This document shows positions 25,814 to 26,497 of a stretch of DNA of 26,497 bases, one piece after another (the first letter of the stretch is position 1; each line of letters starts with the position of its first letter). Source of the DNA: a bacterium (GTDB taxonomy: Bacteria > Zhuqueibacterota > Zhuqueibacteria > Oceanimicrobiales > Oceanimicrobiaceae); NCBI GenBank assembly GCA_037446635.1, contig JBBIIG010000021.1, positions 1 through 26,497 on the forward strand. Direction: 5' to 3'. Position numbers and translations under genes: made by a program. The notes below the pieces were generated by a model that worked only from the letters and a program-made list of their open reading frames with translations, searched no databases and was not told the DNA's origin.

Positions 25814-26497
25814 CAATTTTTCTCCTTCCTGCCAACGAGGATCAAACGCGGACTGGCGTCGGTGAACTCGCGGCCATCAAAATCGCCGAAGGTTTTCGTC
25901 AGCGTCAATCCGGCGGCGGACAACAGCGCCCGCAATTCGCTGAGCGTGTACACGCGCACCGACTCGCGGTACTCGCGCACGCGGCCATTTTCTTTGATTT
26001 TAATTTTCTTTTCGATGCGCTGCTCTTTTTGATTGAACTGGCGCTCCTGCAAAATTTCAAATCCGTTTTCAACGCGAGAATCGCTCGGCACCAGGCTGTT
26101 CACCACGAAATCTTTGTTCAAATAATCGAGAAAAAACCAGCCGCCCAGTTTCAGCGCGCTTTGAATGCTCGCCAAGGTTTGCTGGTTTTCTGCGTCGGTT
26201 TTAAAATAACCGAACGTGGTGAAAAAACTCAGCACCGCATCGAACGTTTCCGCAAATGGAATGAAGCGCATATCGGCGCGCACAAAGTGAGCGCAACACA
26301 CTTCATCGCTTTTTTGCTTGGCTAACTTGAGCAGCACCGGCGAGAGATCGAGACAGGCAACCCGCCAGCCGCGCCGGCTGAGCTCGATGGCGTGGCGCCC
26401 CATACCGGAACCGAGATCGAGAACGCGCGCGCCGGCTTGCAACGGCAGAACGCTGGCCACGAAATCCACCTGCGTCTTTGCTTCGCGCTCGTCGCGG
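25813..26497 (-). CDS. Class I SAM-dependent methyltransferase (5' end outside window); candidate bacillithiol N-methyltransferase
   Basis: VLDLGSGMGRH, DLSP, ADMRFIPF...FD...FFTTFGYF and RESVRVY. The frame stays open to the window edge (RDEREAKTQVDF). Confidence 0.88.
   Translation of the reverse strand, partial: RDEREAKTQVDFVASVLPLQAGARVLDLGSGMGRHAIELSRRGWRVACLDLSPVLLKLAKQKSDEVCCAHFVRADMRFIPFAETFDAVLSFFTTFGYFKTDAENQQTLASIQSALKLGGWFFLDYLNKDFVVNSLVPSDSRVENGFEILQERQFNQKEQRIEKKIKIKENGRVREYRESVRVYTLSELRALLSAAGLTLTKTFGDFDGREFTDASPRLILVGRKEKN

Overview
This is a 26.5-kb bacterial window with almost all genes on the minus strand. It is probably from a diderm FCB-related lineage such as KSB1/Calditrichota, an inference from the YPNPFNP/FlgD-Ig C-terminal sorting domain, the many lipoproteins and the bacillithiol genes. 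In transcription order (right to left) it encodes: a partial class I SAM methyltransferase (candidate NmbA), bshC, bshB1, bshA and a HAMP histidine kinase; a small membrane gene; an oppositely oriented insert with an orphan N4-C/N6-A DNA methyltransferase and a frameshifted clan AA aspartyl protease; a sigma-54 (NtrC-family) response regulator, a periplasmic coiled-coil protein and an outer-membrane beta-barrel; then an ~11.6-kb array of 13 exported proteins; and finally aceE. The array sits behind a near-consensus sigma-54 promoter (TGGCAC-N5-TTGCT) with tandem palindromic enhancer-like sites. It contains 10 predicted lipoproteins and several unrelated protease-inhibitor folds: a serpin, two emfourin-like domains, BsuPI-like domains and small Cys-loop proteins. 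It also holds an 8-repeat non-catalytic secreted protein and a small OMP. The best candidate for an undescribed system is this two-component/sigma-54-inducible cell-envelope anti-protease arsenal and its putative trans-envelope sensing module. All family assignments come from motif recognition by eye; no database searches were run.
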